From an uncultured bacterium (GTDB lineage Bacteria; CSSED10-310; CAZUFC01), in the NCBI GenBank assembly GCA_964619725.1, contig CAZUFC010000184.1, positions 1 to 13,250 of the forward strand: a stretch of 13,250 nucleotides of DNA. The letters run 5' to 3'. The notes beneath the pieces were generated by a model. That model saw nothing but the letters and a program-made list of their open reading frames with translations. It did no database searches and was not told the DNA's origin. The first letter of the stretch is position 1; each line of letters begins with the position of its first letter. This document shows positions 8,291-13,250 of the stretch, one piece after another. A program made the position numbers and the translations under genes.

Positions 8291-9100
8291 TCACCCGCAA
8301 CGCTCCCGCAACCTCTCCCGGGCCCGGTAAATATGTTGTCCCAACGATCCCTTGCTTATCCCCAGGCTTTTTGCCAGTATCTCGTAGGGGACTTTATGAG
8401 CGATCCCCAGGAGCGCCGCTTTCTGGACAGGTTTTAATTTTTCATACTCTCTGAGAAGACATTCCAGTTTTTTTATTTTTTCTTCTTCATGAATCGCCGG
8501 TTCGCTGTCGATTTCCATCTGTTTTTCCCGTTCTTCCAGCATTCTTTCATACTTTCTTCGATCCTGCTTCTTCTTTTTTAAAAATTTTCGCGCCATATTT
8601 TTATCGGTCTTTAATATAAAACTTTGACCGATTTTGTCGCCCACTGACCTGGTATTCGGTACGCACCTGAATTCCAGGGGCTTTCTCAGAATTTTTAAGA
8701 ATTTCTCATTAACAAGAGTTTCCGCATCTCCTGCTCCGAGAATATTCTCATCAATTTTAAAGCAGAGTTCTCTGTACCGGTAAAATAATATTTCCAACGC
8801 CGTATCCACAATTTCGCGATGTTCATGCAGGCGCGATATGATTTCCAGCAATTCCGCTCCGCTCAACTTCTGCAAGTCATGACGCTTTATCATATTTTTT
8901 TTCCCGGCGCGTGAACAAAATTCCTCCCATGCCCTAACCGCCAGAAGCTTTTCGCCTTTTCCGCGCTGAAAAATGTCGATCAATTCACCGGCGCTTTTTT
9001 TCTCCAGTTCCCTTTGAACGCTATTCAGCGCTTTTTCCATATCGGAAAGCGAGTCGAACGCTCCGTTCGTTTCGCCGTTTAAAGATTTTTCCTTACTCAT
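8291..9100 (-). CDS. ECF-type (sigma-70 group 4) RNA polymerase sigma factor, divergent, with N-terminal extension
   Basis: AAGGGG RBS upstream on the minus strand. Sigma2-like 'ALEILFYRYRELCFKI..NILGAGDAETLVNEKFLKI' and 'SFILKTDKNMARKFLKK'. Clear sigma4 HTH 'KLKPVQKAALL....VPYEILAKSLGISKGSLGQHIYRARERLRE'. Confidence 0.85.
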   Translation of the reverse strand: MSKEKSLNGETNGAFDSLSDMEKALNSVQRELEKKSAGELIDIFQRGKGEKLLAVRAWEEFCSRAGKKNMIKRHDLQKLSGAELLEIISRLHEHREIVDTALEILFYRYRELCFKIDENILGAGDAETLVNEKFLKILRKPLEFRCVPNTRSVGDKIGQSFILKTDKNMARKFLKKKKQDRRKYERMLEEREKQMEIDSEPAIHEEEKIKKLECLLREYEKLKPVQKAALLGIAHKVPYEILAKSLGISKGSLGQHIYRARERLRERCG

Positions 9101-9306
9101 TTTTCCCCTTTCATAGAACCGGAAACTCGATCAAAATTTTTTAAATTTAACATTCCATGCTCCAGCAAAAAAAGCAAAATCTGATTTCTACCAAATATCA
9201 TCAGAGAAACATTTTTTCAAGATGCTCGGTATTGCAGCTAGAGCGACTGAAAGATTTACGGGATTCCAGTAAGGCGGAACTGAGCATACAGAAGATATGA
9301 TTTTTT

Positions 9307-9355
9307 GGGACTGATCAGACCGGGGTTACACCTCTTGTAAAACTTTCAACAGTTT
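9307..9355 (+). repeat. 49-bp imperfect direct repeat, copy 1 (upstream of the CHAT gene)
   Basis: GGGACTGATCAGACCGGGGTTACACCTCTTGTAAAACTTTCAACAGTTT; 40/49 ungapped identity to 13202-13250 by manual alignment. Confidence 0.9.
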
Positions 9356-9363
9356 GTTTCAGG

Positions 9364-9393
9364 AATCGGGGTCGGGGTCGCAATCGCAATCGA
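9364..9393 (+). repeat. Degenerate hexamer tandem repeat (RRTCGN)x5
   Basis: AATCGG GGTCGG GGTCGC AATCGC AATCGA read directly. Confidence 0.75.
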
Positions 9394-9476
9394 AACGAAT
9401 GGATATTCAGTAGGATTGTAACCTCAAAGGATGCATTTTTGATCAATGCCGATTTTTTTGAATCTCTTTTTCGCTC

Positions 9477-9504
9477 ATCCGTGATTATACGCGTTATCCG
9501 CGTG
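9477..9504 (+). repeat. Degenerate 9-10-nt tandem repeat (ATCCGYGTT-like)x3
   Basis: ATCCGTGATT ATACGCGTT ATCCGCGTG; a related dimer ATTCGCGTA ATCCGTGAT lies at 280-297. Confidence 0.55.
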
Positions 9505-9592
9505 CGCTGGAGGCTGAAGAATCGTTTCCAGGAACCTGAGTATTCAGACCATCATCCGAATTTAAAAGTCATTTTTACTGTGCCCAATCGTC

Positions 9593-9621
9593 TTGACAAT
9601 TTGTTTTCGCAAAGTAATACT
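9593..9621 (+). promoter_or_regulatory. Putative sigma-70 promoter for the TPR-CHAT gene
   Basis: Consensus TTGACA (9593-9598), 17-nt spacer, AATACT (9616-9621; 4/6 match to TATAAT), about 95 nt upstream of ATG 9717. Confidence 0.55.
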
Positions 9622-9716
9622 GGCTATGGATACAAACCTTGTTTCGATTAAGGGAAAAGATTGAGAATCAATGATCGTTGCATCTCGACTCAAGGAAAAC
9701 AAAAAAGGAAATCATC

Positions 9717-12700
9717 ATGGAGAAAGCGTTGAGAAGATTCATGTCTGCGCCGCTGAGGCTCATCAAATACAAGATGGTCCAGGAGCATCCTGCCCTTGTC
9801 GGCAGCAGATGCGTGGAGCTGATGGAAAACCACAGGCGCCGGTCATGGGATGAAAAGAATTATAGAAAAGTTCAGGAAATTACAAAAGAAATCATTTTCG
9901 TACAGGGATGTTTGCGTCATGGTGTGGAGAGGATGTTTTTCGGATGGTCAGGAGACGAAAAAAGGCATGTGAATTTGAATATTTCTGAGGAGATAGTTGA
10001 TAAGTTGTACAGAGTAAATGAATTTCAGGATAAATCGGGGTTGGCGAAGAGAATTGAATTATATGAGGACCTTTTGCCGTCAATCAGAAGAGAAGAGTTT
10101 CCAGAGTTGTGGGGAGATTTGCATAACAGAATCGGCGCTCATTTGTCTGAACTGTACGAATTTGAGGAAAAAAAGAATTATAAAACGGCGCTCGATCATT
10201 TCAATTTATCTCAAGAGGTATACACCTATGAGGCATTTCCGGTAAATTGGGCGAATATTCAGAACAATAAGGCCGTCGCCTTTTTTAATCAGAGCGGAAT
10301 GGAGGATGAGGACGACATAGAATTATCCATAAAACTTTTCAAATCGGTTTTTTCTGTTTTTAAGCGTGAGGTTTTTCCGACGGATTGGGCTGAGACGCAC
10401 GTCGGTCTGGCGACGATTCACATGAATCGCTTAAGAGGAAAAAGGCCGGAAAATCTGGAACAGGCGATTCATCACTGCGGTCGAGCTTTAGAGATTTTTA
10501 CGCGTGAGGCGTTTCCGATAGCCTGGGCGGAAACCGAAAATTTACTGGCGAATTCTTATGAGGACCTTGTGAATGAAGAACGAGCCGACAATATAGAAGA
10601 GGCAATCAAGCATTACAAAAGAGTCCTTACGGTTATAGACGGAGAGATTTTTCCTATGTTTTGGGGTAAGATTCAAGATGAATTAGCCAATGCTTACGAG
10701 CAGCGCATTAAGGGCGACCCGGCTGAAAATCTGGAAAAGTCTATCCAGTATCATAAGCTGGCCCTGGAGGTACGAAAAAAAGAAATATCGCCCCGGGATT
10801 GGACTGCGAGTAACATTAATCTGGGTAATGCTTATCGAAGAAGAATATGCGGAGACAAAGCGGAAAACATAGAGTGTTCGATTTTCCATTTCAAACAAGC
10901 TTTAGAAGTTCTAAACATTGAGACATCACCGGTCTATTGGGCCATAACTTACATGAACATGGCAAATGCTTACTGGGAGAGAATTCATGGAGATAAGACA
11001 GAGAATATTGAAAAGGCTGTAGAATATCACAAAAAAGCTCTTGCCGTGTTTACTCGTGAATCAAGTCCATTGTATTGGGCAGCAGTACATCTAAATCTTT
11101 CAAATGCTTATCTGGACAGAACATGTGGTGATTGCGCCGAAAACATAGAAATTGCAATCCAGCATAGTCATTTATCTCTCAAAGAATTCACACGAGACAA
11201 TTATCCTCCCTATTGGGCTGAGAGTATGCACATTTTAGGGGAAGCCTATGTGAAGCGTGAGTCGGGCGATAAAAAAGAAAATCTCAAAAAAGCCATCGGT
11301 TATTTTCTATCAGCTTTGGAGATCAGGACAGTAGAATCATTTACTCAGAACAGGCTGGAAACCCTGGCAGAGCTTTTACAGGCATATATTAAACTATCGA
11401 AATATGACGAAGCAATCGAAATTTCTGAAGATATTCGGCTTACAGCTCAACTCCTTCGCAGGAGGGAAGTTACGCGAGAAAGTATGGAAATACGTATTGA
11501 GGAGATTTCTGAACTCTATTCGCTTGTATCCTGGTGTTTGCTTAAACGGGAGAGAATTCCGGAAGCTCTGTTATGGCATGAAAGAGGAAAAACGAAAATG
11601 ATTCGTGAGCGAACGGCACGTGACAAGGCATTATTCCTGGAGCTTAGCGAGAAAGACAAGTTGAGATATGAAAAAATCGTGAATAAGCTACGGACGTTGG
11701 AATCCGAACAGCCGGCAGATGATTTGCCGGGAGAGCATAAACTGAAAAAATTGAAACAAATCAGAAGAGTAAAGGATGAGTTGGAAGCCTTAATAGGAAG
11801 AATACGGGAATATCGTCCTGATTTTTTATCCGAAGGGATGAATTTTCATGAAATGAGGCAGTGTCTCTCGTGGGAAAAGAATAAAGTCATCATCACATTT
11901 ATTTTTACTGAATATGGTTCAGGAGCCGTTATACTGGCCGGCAAACCCGGTGCGCCGATAATCAGACACGTTGTTCTGGATGAATTCACCGACGATAAGT
12001 TAAAAGAATTCATCGACCGCTGGACGGCGGAAAACAATAAATTCCGCGACCGGTCGGATCATGAGCCGGCACGGATGGAATGGGGCTGTTTTGTTGATCT
12101 CTTTATGGAGGAGTTGTATAAATCGCTTTTTACGCCCCTGGAGGGCATCCTGAAAAAAATTAACCCGCAATCTATCGTTTTTATTCCCCATAAATCGCTT
12201 CATATTTTGCCCCTTCACCTTTTAAACAAAGTGGAAAACGGTGAAAGGCAATATCTCATAGATGAATATGAGATAAGTTTTTCCCCATCCTTTGAAATGT
12301 TACGAAGCGAAGGAGAAGCGCGCCTGAAAATCGGCGACACTCTGGTTGCTGCAGCCGATCCGACCGAGGACCTGCCCTGGAGCCGGGAAGAAGTCAATAA
12401 AAGCTCTGAATATTTTAATTCAAAAAAGGTTTTTATAGGAGCGGACGCCGGAATAAACAACATAATTCAACATGCTGCGGGTTCGGGAGTGATTCATATC
12501 GCATGTCATGGAGAATTCGATATGACCGATCCTTATCGATCCATGCTTGTAATGGCGCCGCCGAAAAAAAATATTCCGGATCACGTTGAAAAAAGGGAGC
12601 ATCAATCTGCAACAGTCATCAAAACAAAAAATGATCAAAAGTTGTGTGAGTACCTCAGTCTCGGCGAAGGTGAAAAGGAGATGCTACAATACAATTCCCG

Positions 12701-13133
12701 GGGCGGAATACGCTCAAGGGTCAGGACATTTGCCGACGGTCGTGAGTTAGTGATAGACCCGGATAATGACCGACCGATAGGAGAACCGTGGACTCTGGGA
12801 CGAATTCTAAGGGAGTTGCGTCTTACGGATACATTTCTGGTTGTTCTTTCAGCCTGCGAATCAGGCGTAGTCAACATCGAACGGCTCCCCGACGAATATA
12901 TGGGAATACCGGCGGGTTTTTTAGCTGCAGGCGCCCGTTCCGTCGTAAGCAGCCTCTGGAAAGTGAACGATAAAAGCTCATGCGAGCTGATGAAAATTTT
13001 CTATGAAAACATGATCAATAAAAAACAATCGCCCACTAAAGCTCTGTGTAATGCTCAAAAAGTATTGCGATCACAAAAGAGCTACTCCAATGTATATTAT
13101 TGGGGAGCATTTCAAGTGTCGGGACAGGGCTGA
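9717..13133 (+). CDS. TPR-repeat CHAT-domain protein (caspase-like clan CD cysteine protease)
   Basis: ATG 9717 with AAGGA at 9705-9709 (the ORF track starts at TTG 9678). Nine 46-aa TPR-like repeats. CHAT motifs 'ELYKSLFTPL', 'IVFIPHKSLHILPLHLL', 'YLIDEYEISFSPS', 'LPWSREEV', 'IHIACHG' (His codon 12507-12509), 'LVVLSACESG' (Cys codon 12855-12857), 'GFLAAGARSVVSSLWKVND', 'ALCNAQ', 'YYWGAFQVSG'. Confidence 0.95.
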   Translation: MEKALRRFMSAPLRLIKYKMVQEHPALVGSRCVELMENHRRRSWDEKNYRKVQEITKEIIFVQGCLRHGVERMFFGWSGDEKRHVNLNISEEIVDKLYRVNEFQDKSGLAKRIELYEDLLPSIRREEFPELWGDLHNRIGAHLSELYEFEEKKNYKTALDHFNLSQEVYTYEAFPVNWANIQNNKAVAFFNQSGMEDEDDIELSIKLFKSVFSVFKREVFPTDWAETHVGLATIHMNRLRGKRPENLEQAIHHCGRALEIFTREAFPIAWAETENLLANSYEDLVNEERADNIEEAIKHYKRVLTVIDGEIFPMFWGKIQDELANAYEQRIKGDPAENLEKSIQYHKLALEVRKKEISPRDWTASNINLGNAYRRRICGDKAENIECSIFHFKQALEVLNIETSPVYWAITYMNMANAYWERIHGDKTENIEKAVEYHKKALAVFTRESSPLYWAAVHLNLSNAYLDRTCGDCAENIEIAIQHSHLSLKEFTRDNYPPYWAESMHILGEAYVKRESGDKKENLKKAIGYFLSALEIRTVESFTQNRLETLAELLQAYIKLSKYDEAIEISEDIRLTAQLLRRREVTRESMEIRIEEISELYSLVSWCLLKRERIPEALLWHERGKTKMIRERTARDKALFLELSEKDKLRYEKIVNKLRTLESEQPADDLPGEHKLKKLKQIRRVKDELEALIGRIREYRPDFLSEGMNFHEMRQCLSWEKNKVIITFIFTEYGSGAVILAGKPGAPIIRHVVLDEFTDDKLKEFIDRWTAENNKFRDRSDHEPARMEWGCFVDLFMEELYKSLFTPLEGILKKINPQSIVFIPHKSLHILPLHLLNKVENGERQYLIDEYEISFSPSFEMLRSEGEARLKIGDTLVAAADPTEDLPWSREEVNKSSEYFNSKKVFIGADAGINNIIQHAAGSGVIHIACHGEFDMTDPYRSMLVMAPPKKNIPDHVEKREHQSATVIKTKNDQKLCEYLSLGEGEKEMLQYNSRGGIRSRVRTFADGRELVIDPDNDRPIGEPWTLGRILRELRLTDTFLVVLSACESGVVNIERLPDEYMGIPAGFLAAGARSVVSSLWKVNDKSSCELMKIFYENMINKKQSPTKALCNAQKVLRSQKSYSNVYYWGAFQVSGQG
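10089..11330 (+). repeat. Nine tandem 138-nt (46-aa) TPR-like coding repeats
   Basis: Units begin REEFP, YEAFP, REVFP, REAFP, GEIFP, KEISP, IETSP, RESSP, RDNYP. Consensus is approximately RExFPxxWAxxxxxLANAYxxRxxGDxxENIExAIxHxxxALEVFT. Exact 46-aa register (9 x 138 = 1242 nt), followed by a degenerate tenth unit. Confidence 0.92.
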
Positions 13134-13201
13134 CGAATACTGAAAATTTAAGCGCCGTCAAAATGAAAGCAATCATTTGAAATGAAATTAATGGATATTT
13201 C

Positions 13202-13250
13202 GGGACTGATCAAGCCGGGGTTACAATTCTTTCAAAACTTTTGACAATTT
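13202..13250 (+). repeat. 49-bp imperfect direct repeat, copy 2 (downstream of the CHAT gene; may continue past the window edge)
   Basis: GGGACTGATCAAGCCGGGGTTACAATTCTTTCAAAACTTTTGACAATTT; 40/49 identity to 9307-9355. Confidence 0.9.

Noticed and set aside
9439-9651. 70-aa ORF in the sigma-CHAT intergenic region
   Set aside because: It has a TTG start, its 'IIRVIRVR' stretch is just the translation of the 9-mer DNA repeat, and it runs over the predicted CHAT promoter.
9025-9732. MEKAL pentapeptide shared by sigma residues 21-25 and the CHAT N-terminus (14/16-nt inverted match, 9025-9040 vs 9717-9732)
   Set aside because: The similarity does not extend on either side and uses common residues, so it is most likely chance. 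It would only matter if inversion of the intervening segment were seen in reads.
10089-11330. TPR repeats as a diversity-generating retroelement target
   Set aside because: No reverse transcriptase gene and no near-identical template/variable repeat pair differing only at adenines is visible in the window.
9307-13250. The direct repeats as a CRISPR array, integron attC sites or IS ends
   Set aside because: Only two copies, 3.9 kb apart, with no spacer periodicity, no RYYYAAC...GTTRRRY attC architecture, and no transposase or integrase in the window.

Overview
The window has two parts. At 650-6591 (+) is a five-gene MacAB-TolC-type ABC export operon of a diderm bacterium: TolC-family outer-membrane channel, MacA-like periplasmic adaptor, stand-alone ABC ATPase and two MacB/FtsX-type permeases, coupled by overlapping or adjacent stop/start codons. 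At 6914-13133 is an AT-richer three-gene module. It comprises an apparently soluble protein with an N-terminal zinc-binding anti-sigma (ZAS/zf-HC2-like) motif plus TPR-like helices (+), a divergent ECF-type sigma factor with a duplicated N-terminal segment (-, convergent with the anti-sigma-like gene), and a large TPR-CHAT caspase-like protease with nine 46-aa repeats, an intact His/Cys dyad and a ~77-aa insertion between the catalytic motifs (+, divergent from the sigma gene). The CHAT gene is bracketed by a 49-bp imperfect direct repeat (40/49 identical). The best candidate for an undescribed system is a CRISPR-independent 'TPR-CHAT protease -> anti-sigma -> ECF sigma' signalling module, which is inference only. 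No rRNA, tRNA, CRISPR array or transposase was seen.
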